The notes: generated by a model not told the origin, from the letters alone. Counted from the first letter of the stretch, positions 38,441 through 48,255 are shown. The stretch: DNA of 64,000 bases from Clostridia bacterium (GCA_900754795.1 CAAEEA010000081.1:6314-70313); one strand, 5' to 3'. Program-made: numbers and translations.

Positions 38441-39877
38441 TTATTCAAATAATCTTATCCCAGCCAAATGCATACGCAGGTCAATAAGGTCAAATATATC
38501 CGTAGTATCGTTTTCATCTATATCTAAGGCTTTTTCGCTGCTATCTGACAGTTCAGATAAACCTGCTAAATGATTTCGCATATCTATCAAATCAAATATA
38601 CTGCACTTCCCGTCTCCGTCGCTGTCGCCTCTTACGACTATCACCGCCTGACCGATAGTCTTGCCGCCGCTGTCATGCACCGACAGCCTGTCTCCCGTGC
38701 CCACGGCGCCGGAGGTCATCTCCTTGCCCGATTCACTTAGGACTTTAAATGTATAACCATCCTTAACTTTCACATTTTTCTTAAATGTGGCGACAGACGT
38801 TTCAAGACTTACTCCGGTGACATAGTCTCCTATTTTATATTTATCGCTGACGGCAAAATCGCTTTCAATACCCGGAGCTTCGCTTATCTTAAATGATACG
38901 AGCTGGTATCCGGTATATTTGCCCGTTCCTTTTACATAGGCGTAAGCTGTGCCGAGCGATCTGTTGTCTATGTATCCTACCAGATAATCCGTACCCTCTT
39001 TAAGGGTCTTGTCACCGGACTTGACGGTAACAGCCGGTTCGTAATTTTTCTTTCCCTCGTACAGGGCGTCAGCCACGGTTATCTTGCAGCCTGCTATGGA
39101 AGAACCGGATGATGAAGTCTGCGGTGAAAGGTACATAAAGTTGCAGTCGGTTCTGCCGCTTATACCGTTTACAGATCCGTCGGAACCGTACTGCCATATC
39201 AGATACTCATAATCATACTGACAGCGATTGTAATACTGCGCGACCCATGACACATATTTTTCGCTTATCTGTTTGCCGTCCACGGAATTTTCATAAAAAA
39301 GCAGGTTTGAATAAAATCCCGCGTCATATCCGGCCGCCTCAATAGTGTCGCAGAAAGCTCTCACGTTAGAAGTTCTCTGACTCTTAGACAGGTTCTTTAT
39401 TCTGCCCGGATTCGCCGAATCGCTGGCGTGCTCATAATCCATGAACACCGGAAGCTGCAGATCGTAACCTTCTATTTCCTGCAGTGTCCACCGGGCTTCT
39501 GCTTTGGCTTCGGCATTGGTCTTCGCCTGGGAGAAATAATAAACTCCCACCATTATGCCCGCCTTTTGCGCTCCTTTTATATTTTTGTCAAAATAATCGT
39601 CGGAATACATGGTGCCTGACGCGCCGTATCCTCTGCCTCCCACTCTTATGATGGCAAAATCCACCCCGTCTGCTTTTACCTTGTTCCAGTCTATGTTCCC
39701 CTGATAAGCGGACACGTCTATACCGTTGACGACAACCGAGCCGTCAAACTTTGAAGCGTGATTGTATGTTTTTCCGTTATAAGGTGACTTGCCTGATCCG
39801 GCAAAGACAGTTAAAGGAGAAAAGCAAAACGTGAATATCAGCATCACAGTCAGGATAAAAACAAATTTTTTTCTCAT
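38441..39877 (-). CDS. GH25 muramidase (lysozyme) with a C-terminal type-I-like dockerin.
   Basis: GIDVSAYQGNIDWNKVKADGVDFAIIRVG is the GH25 signature. The C-terminus has duplicated Ca-binding repeats DSDGDGKCSIFDLIDMRNHLAG / DIDENDTTDIFDLIDLRMHLAG (about 38444-38650). Confidence 0.85.
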   Translation of the reverse strand: MRKKFVFILTVMLIFTFCFSPLTVFAGSGKSPYNGKTYNHASKFDGSVVVNGIDVSAYQGNIDWNKVKADGVDFAIIRVGGRGYGASGTMYSDDYFDKNIKGAQKAGIMVGVYYFSQAKTNAEAKAEARWTLQEIEGYDLQLPVFMDYEHASDSANPGRIKNLSKSQRTSNVRAFCDTIEAAGYDAGFYSNLLFYENSVDGKQISEKYVSWVAQYYNRCQYDYEYLIWQYGSDGSVNGISGRTDCNFMYLSPQTSSSGSSIAGCKITVADALYEGKKNYEPAVTVKSGDKTLKEGTDYLVGYIDNRSLGTAYAYVKGTGKYTGYQLVSFKISEAPGIESDFAVSDKYKIGDYVTGVSLETSVATFKKNVKVKDGYTFKVLSESGKEMTSGAVGTGDRLSVHDSGGKTIGQAVIVVRGDSDGDGKCSIFDLIDMRNHLAGLSELSDSSEKALDIDENDTTDIFDLIDLRMHLAGIRLFE

Positions 39878-39967
39878 ATCTTCACTCCCGTGGAAAATAT
39901 TCTACTATAGAGCGGCGGTCTTTTCAACCGGATAACACAAGATACCCATGAGAATTTTTTCCTTATA

Positions 39968-40921
39968 CTATATCATTATTATCGCTCTCACCGGGCAGAC
40001 CGGAGCACAGTAACCGCAGGTAAGGCATTTTTTCTCATCTATACGGGCAAGTCCTCTCTCACTGTAATATATTGCTTCTGACTGACAGGCCGCGCGGCAG
40101 AGACCGCAGCCCTCGCAGCTGTCTTCTTCAATCCACATTTTCTTTTCCGATACGTCCGGATTATACGAGGCGGGCAGCTTACCGTCAAAAAAGCTGACGG
40201 CGTCATCTATTTCTTTCGCCGACGAAAATCCTATCATGACCGAATCCACCTGGCACAGGGACAACGCGTACCCCAGGGCTTTTTGGTAATTCAGTGTCAG
40301 GTTGCCTCCGCCAAAGGCTTTCATGGACATTGTCCCTTTTCCCATATCACGGCACAGTCTGAGAGCCTCTTCCATGTCCCGCGCCGTTCCCTGCCGGCCG
40401 CCGTGACGTATTCCCAGACCCGCGTAATTTATGAGAGAAAACACTACGTCACATTCATTTATTCCAGCCATCTGCATGGTTACATCAACGTTGTGAGTTG
40501 ATACGCCGGCCGCGCGTATAATCCCCCGGGCTTTAACGTCGCAAAGGCACTCCCATGCTCCTGCCCGCTCCTCGAACTGTCCGGCGCGCACTTCGTGCAT
40601 CAGAAAAATATCTATAACATCCGTATCAAGAGCTCTGCGAGCTTCTTCTATCGCGGCGCTCATTCCTTCATAATCCGCCGCGAGAGATTTTGAACATACC
40701 ACTGCCTTATGCCGCCCGGAACTCAGAGCGCGGCGGATATACGGATACGCTCTGTAATATTGCGCCGTGTCTATCAGATTTATTCCTTTGTCAAAGGCAT
40801 GGCTGATCACGTCCGCTCCCTCTTTTAGAGGCAAATTTCTCTGATTGGGGCCTATCGCGAGTACGCCCATGCCTATGCGGCTCACCTCTAAGCCTGTATT
40901 TCCCAGTAATATGTTTTTCAT
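39968..40921 (-). CDS. Aldo/keto reductase fused to a 2x[4Fe-4S] ferredoxin domain.
   Basis: AKR N-terminus (GMGVL...INLIDTAQYY); C-terminal CEGCGLCRAAC and CLTCGYCAPVCP. Confidence 0.8.
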   Translation of the reverse strand: MKNILLGNTGLEVSRIGMGVLAIGPNQRNLPLKEGADVISHAFDKGINLIDTAQYYRAYPYIRRALSSGRHKAVVCSKSLAADYEGMSAAIEEARRALDTDVIDIFLMHEVRAGQFEERAGAWECLCDVKARGIIRAAGVSTHNVDVTMQMAGINECDVVFSLINYAGLGIRHGGRQGTARDMEEALRLCRDMGKGTMSMKAFGGGNLTLNYQKALGYALSLCQVDSVMIGFSSAKEIDDAVSFFDGKLPASYNPDVSEKKMWIEEDSCEGCGLCRAACQSEAIYYSERGLARIDEKKCLTCGYCAPVCPVRAIIMI

Positions 40922-40993
40922 GTGAAAATCCTTTCCTTTTAAATTATAATCGAGTATAATTATGATGTAAACATAATCTTTGGGGGTAAAAAA

Positions 40994-41632
40994 ATGCCAG
41001 ATTCAAAGAATCTCGCCGCGGAGCCGGGCTTTGAGACGTTCAGACACGCCTACAGAGCCGCCATCAAAGAGGTCCGCACTAAAATCGAGATCCTCAGCGA
41101 AGATTTCGCGGTCAGACACGACTATAATCCTATCCACCATATGGAAAGGCGTCTGAAATCTCCGGAAAGCATAGAAGAGAAGCTGACCCGCTACGGAAAG
41201 GAAATATCCATAGAATCCGCCCGCAAAAACATCATGGACATAGCCGGCATAAGGGTTGTGTGCAATTTTATTGATGACGTATATGCAATGGCTGATATGA
41301 TGCTTGAGCAAAATGACGTAAAGCTCGTCAACCGCAAAGATTACATAAGCAGTCCTAAAGAAAACGGTTACAGAAGCCTCCATCTCGTCATAGCCGTTCC
41401 CGTCTTTCTCCTTGACGGCTGCGAATATGTGCCGGTAGAGGTTCAGATCAGGACGGTCGCCATGGACTTCTGGGCCAGTCTTGAACATCAGCTCAGATAT
41501 AAAAAAGAAAAGGAACTTTCTCCGAAAGTTCATCAGGAACTGAAAGCGTGCGCGGAAGCAAGCGCCAATCTTGACAAGCGGATGCAGCTTTTGTTCGATG
41601 AAATAGCAAAATCAGACGGTTCCCGGGACTGA
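40994..41632 (+). CDS. Small alarmone synthetase (RelA/SpoT-domain GTP pyrophosphokinase, RelQ/RelP-like).
   Basis: DIAGIRVVCNF..., ENGYRSLHLVI, VEVQIRTVAMDFWASLEH. Confidence 0.85.
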   Translation: MPDSKNLAAEPGFETFRHAYRAAIKEVRTKIEILSEDFAVRHDYNPIHHMERRLKSPESIEEKLTRYGKEISIESARKNIMDIAGIRVVCNFIDDVYAMADMMLEQNDVKLVNRKDYISSPKENGYRSLHLVIAVPVFLLDGCEYVPVEVQIRTVAMDFWASLEHQLRYKKEKELSPKVHQELKACAEASANLDKRMQLLFDEIAKSDGSRD

Positions 41633-41672
41633 CAATCAAAAAAATAAAAGCAGGATCAGATCCTGCTTTTTG

Positions 41673-42704
41673 TTATGCCAGATAATAGAGATCATCGAGT
41701 TTTTGAAGTTTCATGAGAGCCCAGATTGCGTCGTTAACTTCCATTCTCGTATTCAGATATCCGAAACTGAAACGCGCCACGCCCCCGTCCGCTCCGAGCG
41801 CAGGTAGCATCATCGGGCAGTCACAGTCGCCGGCGCCTATGGCAATGTGGTTTTCTCTCATAAAATCTTTTATTTCTTTTGGAGAAAATCCCTTAACTGT
41901 CACAGACACGGAAGGCACTCTTGTGTTTGTTCCAAAGTCACCGTAAACTTTGACGTCAGGCATTGAGCTTACAGACTCAAAAAATCTCTTTGCCAGTCTG
42001 TGCGGAAACACGCTTACGCCGTATATTCCTTTTTCCAGTATAAAATCCACGGCGGCTTTGAGCCGGCCGAGTTTTTCTTCAGAAGGCGTGCGCAGCATAT
42101 CCGTAATCTCTCTGTCCGGTAAAATACCGTCTCTCAAACAGATCCCCCCTGTGCCCACAGGTCCCATCAGCTTCTTGTGACCCGAAAAGCAGAAAACGTC
42201 GATCTGCAGATCTTCAAGATTTACGGGGGTCGCTCCCGCGCTCTGACCGCCGTCAACTATAAGCAGAAGCCCGTGACGCCTCGCGAACGCGCCGATTTTT
42301 TCCATATCGGCTATGTTTCCCGTCAGCGCGCAGCCATGAGAACAGACGATGACTTTTGTCTCAGGCTTTAAAGAACTCTCCAGCAGATCATATCTGATCA
42401 CTCCGTACTCGTTTACCGGGAGATATGTTACGCTGCTTCCGTCCTTTTCGGCTCCCGCGAGAGCCTCCAGCGTAGCCCTGTGCTCTGTGACCGTTGATAT
42501 CACATGATCTCCGGACTTAACAAAACATTTTACCGCTGCTTTTACCGCTTCGCTGCCGCTCTCGGCAAACAATATGTTCTCAGGTTTTTTTACACCTAAA
42601 AGTCTGGCAATGCTCCCGGCGGCAGCGTAACTTGGAGCCGGAGGAGCTTCTTTTACGGCAGACAGATTAGAAACCGCTGTATACGCGTTATTTAAATATG
42701 CCAT
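41673..42704 (-). CDS. Class V aminotransferase / cysteine desulfurase-like PLP enzyme.
   Basis: FSGHKKLMGPVGTGG PLP-lysine motif. Confidence 0.75.
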   Translation of the reverse strand: MAYLNNAYTAVSNLSAVKEAPPAPSYAAAGSIARLLGVKKPENILFAESGSEAVKAAVKCFVKSGDHVISTVTEHRATLEALAGAEKDGSSVTYLPVNEYGVIRYDLLESSLKPETKVIVCSHGCALTGNIADMEKIGAFARRHGLLLIVDGGQSAGATPVNLEDLQIDVFCFSGHKKLMGPVGTGGICLRDGILPDREITDMLRTPSEEKLGRLKAAVDFILEKGIYGVSVFPHRLAKRFFESVSSMPDVKVYGDFGTNTRVPSVSVTVKGFSPKEIKDFMRENHIAIGAGDCDCPMMLPALGADGGVARFSFGYLNTRMEVNDAIWALMKLQKLDDLYYLA

Positions 42705-42706
42705 AT

Positions 42707-43243
42707 CTACCTCTTCACTTCCACATGCACTGATCCCATTACATCAAGAGCCGCCTTCTGGAGATCGTCGTCATTGCTCGCCACGCACCCCGCGTCGACT
42801 CTGATCGGCACTTCAGGCAACGCGGCTTTGGCGATCGCTATATTTGAAATTACACAGATATTGGTCACCACCCCGGCAAACTCGATGCTTTCAAAACTGT
42901 CCTTATGTCCTCGCAGATATTCGCCCAGTTCCCATGAACCAAATGTAGGCTTGTCAAAAGAAATATCTCCTTCCTCTCTGAGCTCTCCTATTCTGCCGTA
43001 AAGCTGCCAGCCTTTTGTCCCTTTTATGTAGTGAGGCACAGGAAGATGTTTTCCCTCCTGAGTATCCATATAATCTTCTCCGTGAGTATCCATGGTGAAG
43101 ATTATCTGGCCATTCTCTCCCATAGCCCTGTATTCTTTGATTTTTTCAGCCAGCTTTTCTTCAATCTTATGAGCCTGAGCGCATCCCAGCGCTCCATCCA
43201 CAAAATCATTCTGGTAATCTACAACGATAAGCAGCTTTTTCAT
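42707..43243 (-). CDS. Isochorismatase-family cysteine hydrolase (nicotinamidase-like).
   Basis: VVDYQNDF and GVVTNICV motifs. Confidence 0.8.
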   Translation of the reverse strand: MKKLLIVVDYQNDFVDGALGCAQAHKIEEKLAEKIKEYRAMGENGQIIFTMDTHGEDYMDTQEGKHLPVPHYIKGTKGWQLYGRIGELREEGDISFDKPTFGSWELGEYLRGHKDSFESIEFAGVVTNICVISNIAIAKAALPEVPIRVDAGCVASNDDDLQKAALDVMGSVHVEVKR

Positions 43244-43255
43244 TTTTTCCTCCTG

Positions 43256-44098
43256 TCAGACTTCAGACTGACTGCCCTCCGGCGCTATGGCCTTCGTAAG
43301 TATCCAGTCTACCCATTCCACATAGTATTTGCCCAGCACGTGAGTATTGTCGCTGGTACATTCAGCTTTCAGATTGCCGTTTTCATCATCGAATATCTCG
43401 TTAACATCAATATAGAATATCTTTTTGTTATCCGCAAGTTCAGATATCCTGCTGTTGAACTCATTGATGTTCGCGTTATTGAAAACGCTGTCGCTGTCGG
43501 ATCTGCCGGCGGAAACATGCAGGTTAGCCTCAATAAAGATAAGAGCGTCCGGCGCTTTTGTCCTGATCCAGTTTATGAGATCAGCATATTTATCTACAGT
43601 ATTGTCTCTGTTGTATCCCAGCTCGTTGATCCCCAGCATGACATAGATTTTGCCGTAACTTTTGGCGGACAGCAGTCCGTCCAGTGTATATGTGCCGACT
43701 CCCGGCACGTTGACCGACTCGTCTCTTACATTATACACATTCATACCTGTAGTGGCAAAGAAATTTGGTCCCTGAGTCTGTCCGTATTCTCTGAGTCCAA
43801 CGGTTCTCGAATCTCCGATAAACAGAGCATCGTTGAGATAAGAGCTGTCCGCTGTCGTAAACGGAGCCGCGGAAGGGTCGGCTTTTTCAGGCTCAGGATT
43901 TGAAGGTTCTGCTGTTTCTCCTTCTTCTTTGCTCTCGTCATTGCCGCCGGAAGGTTCTTCCTGAGCGGGAGGAGCTTCCGCCGGCGTATCCTCGCTGAGG
44001 CTGTCCACTATAAGCACTTTAAAAGAAACTATAGCAAACAAAACTACACAGGAGATCATTATTAAGATTGAAAAGGAATATCTTATAAAATTCTTCAT
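43256..44098 (-). CDS. Membrane-anchored SGNH/GDSL hydrolase-type acyltransferase/esterase.
   Basis: N-terminal TM span, FIGDSRTVG block I, and adjacency to an MBOAT gene. Confidence 0.7.
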   Translation of the reverse strand: MKNFIRYSFSILIMISCVVLFAIVSFKVLIVDSLSEDTPAEAPPAQEEPSGGNDESKEEGETAEPSNPEPEKADPSAAPFTTADSSYLNDALFIGDSRTVGLREYGQTQGPNFFATTGMNVYNVRDESVNVPGVGTYTLDGLLSAKSYGKIYVMLGINELGYNRDNTVDKYADLINWIRTKAPDALIFIEANLHVSAGRSDSDSVFNNANINEFNSRISELADNKKIFYIDVNEIFDDENGNLKAECTSDNTHVLGKYYVEWVDWILTKAIAPEGSQSEV

Positions 44099-44106
44099 AG
44101 TTCACC

Positions 44107-45513
44107 TTAAAATCTGAAATACAGGAACGGGTCGTTTAATCCAAGATAGATCAGATAAACGCTTACCCAGAAAACAACAAACAGTACCGCGGTTCCGATT
44201 ATGCCGTTTCTTACGCGGGCAAATATTCTTTCCGGAACAGAGGTGCTCATGATAAGACACACGATCATCAGGACACCGTATGTATCCCAGTATTTTTCAA
44301 AATCCCCGGCGAATACAGTATCGCTCTTAGTTCCGGCAAAATCAAACAGTCTCTCTATATATATGCCAAGCTGGTCTATATCCGTTATCGCGAATATCAT
44401 CCAGGACAGCGGTATCAGGAAAATCATATATATGTGTCCGAGAATTCTGACTCTGTCAAATAATTTCTTGAGCGCCGCTTTTTCCACAGCTATGCATACA
44501 AACAGAAAAAGTCCCCAGATTATAAAGTTCCAGCCCGCTCCGTGCCAGAATCCCGTCAGAAGCCATACTATCAGCAGGTTCAGATATACCCGCGGCACAG
44601 CCCGTCTGTTACCTCCCAGAGGTATATACACATAGTCTCTGAACCAGCTTCCCAGAGTCATGTGCCATCTGCGCCAGAACTCTGTCATTGTAAGCGATTC
44701 GTAAGGATGATCAAAGTTCTGCGGTATGGAATAGCCTATCATCCTGCCCAGACCCATGGCCATCATGGAATATCCGTAGAAATCAAAGTACAGCTGAAAA
44801 CTGTAGGCAAATATACCCATCCACGCCACAGGCGATGAAATACTTTCAAACCCTATAGCCTGTATGTCGCTCCAGCAGCTTCCTATTCTGTCGGCAAGGA
44901 GCACTTTAAAGCCCAGCCCCATGGCGAACATCCTCAGTCCTCTGTCGAAATTCTCCATGGAAGCTGCTCTGTTTTTAAGATCTTTTCTGATTGTGGCGAA
45001 ACGTGTTATCGGTCCCGTGGTGATTTTCGGGAACATGGTAAAATACGTTCCGAAAGACACGAAATTTCTTTCGGCCGCCACGTCGCGCCTGTATACGTCA
45101 ACGAGATAAGAAATCGCCTGGAACGTATAGAAACTAATGCCTATGGGCAGCAGAAGCCCCCAGTGTTCCGTCACATTTCCGTCTCCGAACTTCTCAGACA
45201 GCAGGTTGATATTATCAATTATAAAGTCAGCGTACTTGAATACGCCCAGCCAGGCGAGATTGTAAAGTATGCCGGCCGCCAGGATAAACCGCGGCTTTGA
45301 ACTTTTTTCTACGGTCTTGCCCAGCGCGAAATTCACAAGAACAGAAAGCAGCAGTATCAATATATACTGAGGCTTGTCCCATGTTCCGGCAGCATAAAAC
45401 GCGATACTTGACGCAAACAGCCAGAGGTTTCTCCACTGCGCGGGTATCGCGAAATATACTATCAAAAATACCGGTAAAAAAACAAGAATAAATTCGATAC
45501 TGCTGAAAACCAT
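44107..45513 (-). CDS. MBOAT-family O-acyltransferase (AlgI/DltB-like).
   Basis: FWRRWHMTLGSWFRDYVYIPLGGNR signature with the conserved His; multi-pass membrane protein. Confidence 0.85.
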   Translation of the reverse strand: MVFSSIEFILVFLPVFLIVYFAIPAQWRNLWLFASSIAFYAAGTWDKPQYILILLLSVLVNFALGKTVEKSSKPRFILAAGILYNLAWLGVFKYADFIIDNINLLSEKFGDGNVTEHWGLLLPIGISFYTFQAISYLVDVYRRDVAAERNFVSFGTYFTMFPKITTGPITRFATIRKDLKNRAASMENFDRGLRMFAMGLGFKVLLADRIGSCWSDIQAIGFESISSPVAWMGIFAYSFQLYFDFYGYSMMAMGLGRMIGYSIPQNFDHPYESLTMTEFWRRWHMTLGSWFRDYVYIPLGGNRRAVPRVYLNLLIVWLLTGFWHGAGWNFIIWGLFLFVCIAVEKAALKKLFDRVRILGHIYMIFLIPLSWMIFAITDIDQLGIYIERLFDFAGTKSDTVFAGDFEKYWDTYGVLMIVCLIMSTSVPERIFARVRNGIIGTAVLFVVFWVSVYLIYLGLNDPFLYFRF

Positions 45514-45631
45514 AAATAAAAAAAATTATCCCCTCTCAAAATACCCATGTTAAAGCGTTGTTTATTTATAATATCACAAAATATCGGTCTTTAACAGGAC
45601 TTTTTTTGTTTTCACGTCAAAAAATGTCAAT

Positions 45632-45663
45632 AAAAAATTTTGACCTTGCGGTCAAAATTTTTT
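45632..45663 (-). terminator. Terminator hairpin at the response-regulator stop.
   Basis: AAAAAATTTTGACC-TTGC-GGTCAAAATTTTTT. Confidence 0.65.
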
Positions 45664-46375
45664 AAAGAAGGTTTTCGTCTTCTATCATTCTGTAACCGAC
45701 TCCGAGCTCAGTGAAGATATATTCCGGCTCGCCCGGATTTTTTTCAAGTTTGCGGCGGATATTAGCCATGTTTACCCTCAATATTCTGTTATTGTCATCC
45801 GCGTAAGGTCCCCATACCTGTTCTATTAGGGATTTATACGTGATAACCTTTCCGGAATTCTGAGCGAGCATGGACACGATCTTATATTCCACCCTGGTAA
45901 GATGCACTTCTTTGCCGTCTACGGTAACAAGCCTGCGTACAAAATCTATGGAAAGTCCTTTAGCAGAATACGGCCTGTTGCTGTTGACTCTGTCATCCAT
46001 TATCTTGTTGCTGTGGCGTATCGCCGTCCTGATCCTTGCCAGGAGCTCGTCTGTCCCGAAAGGTTTGGTGATATAATCATCAGCTCCCGCGTCCAGCGCG
46101 GCGACTTTCTCTTTTTCCTGTACTCTGGCGGAAATCACGATGATCGGCAGGCTCGACCATTCTCTCGTCTGCTTTATTACGTCAATGCCGTCCATATCAG
46201 GCAGACCCAGATCAAGAAGCACAAGATCCGGCAGAGCCGACGTCAGAATCGCCATGCCTTCCTTGCCGCTGACCGCCGTAATCGTCTTGTAATCGTTGGA
46301 ATTCAGCGTCTTGGCAATAAAATCGCATATTGTCTTTTCGTCCTCTATTATCAGTATGGATACTTTCTGCTGCAT
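45662..46375 (-). CDS. OmpR-family response regulator (KdpE-like).
   Basis: Receiver LVLLDLGLPDMDG; winged-helix C-terminus. I chose the start at MQQKVSILIIED, with GGAGGAATAAAT upstream. Confidence 0.85.
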   Translation of the reverse strand: MQQKVSILIIEDEKTICDFIAKTLNSNDYKTITAVSGKEGMAILTSALPDLVLLDLGLPDMDGIDVIKQTREWSSLPIIVISARVQEKEKVAALDAGADDYITKPFGTDELLARIRTAIRHSNKIMDDRVNSNRPYSAKGLSIDFVRRLVTVDGKEVHLTRVEYKIVSMLAQNSGKVITYKSLIEQVWGPYADDNNRILRVNMANIRRKLEKNPGEPEYIFTELGVGYRMIEDENLL

Positions 46376-46377
46376 AT

Positions 46378-47520
46378 TTATTCCTCCGTTTCTTTTGGCA
46401 GACAAAAGTAAAATTCACTTCCGTCTCCGTGATTCTTTGCCATTATGTCTCCGCCGTGAGCGGTAACTATTGTCTTGCATATCGAAAGGCCTATTCCCAT
46501 TCCCTTATGGCCGTCAGCCTTGGAATCCTGATATTTCTGATAGTCTTCCCCGTCAAATATGGTCTCTATTTTTTCTTCATCTATACCCACGCCGTAATCT
46601 TTTATATAAAACCATACGCGGTCGCCGTCATCTTTGACTCTCAATTCTACCGGTTTCATACTCTGAGCATGGATATAAGCGTTTTGCAGTATGTTTATTA
46701 TAACCTGCTCTATGAGCATCGAATCCATCATCACCATCACTACGTCATCAGGCAGAAAGACTTTAAGCTGCGCCTTTGGAAAACGCTTGCGGAATCTTGC
46801 CACTGCTGAAGATACCACCTCGTCTACCGGCTCGAGATATTTCGTTACTTTGGCGGTCTCGTTGTTTATCCTCGTTACCGAAAGCAGGTTTTCGACCATG
46901 TTGAGGAGCCAGGACGCGTCGTTTTCGATGTTTTCGACTATCTCATGCTTCTCCGCGTCTGTCATGGTGTCTTCCATTTTCATATACGACTCGCTGTTTC
47001 CGATTATACCGGTGAGCGGAGTTCTCAGATCGTGGGATATGGCTCTGAGCAGGTTGGCGCGCATCTTTTCTTTCTGAGCTTCCATCAGCTCTTTTTCCTG
47101 TTTTGCCAGAATAAATGACTGCTCTTTCATATTTGTCGTCATGGTCGATGTTATCGCGTAAATTATCAGCATCGAGACGAACGTTATAGGATATCCTTCT
47201 ATCGTAAAATTAAAATCCCAGTAAGGATATGTGAAGAGGAAGTTTACGCTGAGTATGGAAAAAACGCTGAACAGAACGCCCCACACATATCCGTCGGTGT
47301 ACCTGGCAACCAGTATTATTCCGAGTATGTAAAAAATCGCCATGTTGCTGTCGTAGTCCTTGGCGACAAATTCTCTGAAAGCGAGGGATATGGCTGTCGT
47401 ACCAAAAAAGACCCCGAAAAATGTAAGGAAATCCCTCTTATAATTTTTCGGAAGCATTTTTCTGACTGAAACGTCCTTTAGCATGTCCCGTTCAGAGCGG
47501 AGCCGTTTTCCTATGCCCAA
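46378..47520 (-). CDS. Sensor histidine kinase with a KdpD C-terminal-type membrane domain (DUF4118-like); no KdpD N-terminal sensor domain.
   Basis: H-box LRAISHDLRTPLT; HATPase N and G boxes (GMGIGLSICK). TTG start 8 nt after GGAGGG. Confidence 0.8.
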   Translation of the reverse strand: MGIGKRLRSERDMLKDVSVRKMLPKNYKRDFLTFFGVFFGTTAISLAFREFVAKDYDSNMAIFYILGIILVARYTDGYVWGVLFSVFSILSVNFLFTYPYWDFNFTIEGYPITFVSMLIIYAITSTMTTNMKEQSFILAKQEKELMEAQKEKMRANLLRAISHDLRTPLTGIIGNSESYMKMEDTMTDAEKHEIVENIENDASWLLNMVENLLSVTRINNETAKVTKYLEPVDEVVSSAVARFRKRFPKAQLKVFLPDDVVMVMMDSMLIEQVIINILQNAYIHAQSMKPVELRVKDDGDRVWFYIKDYGVGIDEEKIETIFDGEDYQKYQDSKADGHKGMGIGLSICKTIVTAHGGDIMAKNHGDGSEFYFCLPKETEE

Positions 47521-47707
47521 TGTTTATTCCCTCCTCTCATATGATATATGCAACAGTGATTAAAATGTCGCTAAAAAATGAACTTCTCATTGATATTTTT
47601 ATACTTATATAATAAATAAAACCCTGTTTTTTTTCAAGGGGGCATTTCACAAGGGGACAACGGGTGTCATAAAATGAAATATAACCATGTAAGAAAGGAG
47701 ATTTATC

Positions 47708-48007
47708 TTGATCAAGGATCCTTATATCGGAATGCCGATAATAATTGACGACAACTGGAATGACAATGGTTGTTGCTGTGGTTCTCAGCGTCCGGATCGT
47801 CCCGGCTGCGGCGGAGATGCCGGTGACAATGATCAGACGGTGGATGACGATACTTTTGACAGCATGTATCTTGGCACTCTTCCTCTGGCCATGGCCTATG
47901 TCCCGATTCAAAAGTGGAAAACCACATATTCGCCCGAAAAAGCTCTTCAGGCCGGCACTGTCTTTCCTGAATTAGATCTTCCCTTCAGAGGAGGTATGAC
48001 CAGATGA
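47708..48007 (+). CDS. cotJA: Spore coat-associated protein CotJA.
   Basis: LAMAYVPIQKW...ALQAGTVFPELDLPF signature. TTG start after AAAGGAG. Confidence 0.8.
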   Translation: MIKDPYIGMPIIIDDNWNDNGCCCGSQRPDRPGCGGDAGDNDQTVDDDTFDSMYLGTLPLAMAYVPIQKWKTTYSPEKALQAGTVFPELDLPFRGGMTR

Positions 48008-48252
48008 ACAAAGACGAACTGATGAAACAGATACAGGAGACAGGTTTCGCTCTCTATGATCTGACCCTTTTCCTCGATTCTCATCCGAAAGATCAGATGG
48101 CTCTTGATTTTTTTACTGATGTGCAGAAACAGTATACTCAGCTCCAGGCCGAGTATGAAATGATGTACGGTCCTCTGACCGCTTTTGACACTAATACGGA
48201 GCACGGCTGGACGTGGATCGGCGATCCGTGGCCGTGGGAACTGGAGGCCTGA
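48004..48252 (+). CDS. cotJB: Spore coat protein CotJB.
   Basis: FALYDLTLFLDSHP...YGPL...PWPWE signature. Confidence 0.85.
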   Translation: MNKDELMKQIQETGFALYDLTLFLDSHPKDQMALDFFTDVQKQYTQLQAEYEMMYGPLTAFDTNTEHGWTWIGDPWPWELEA

Positions 48253-48255
48253 CGT

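Noticed and set aside
47521-47707. Possible sigma-E-type promoter (TCATAAA ... CATGTAAG) upstream of cotJA.
   Set aside because: The match to the remembered consensus is partial and I am unsure of the spacing, so it is not reported as a feature.
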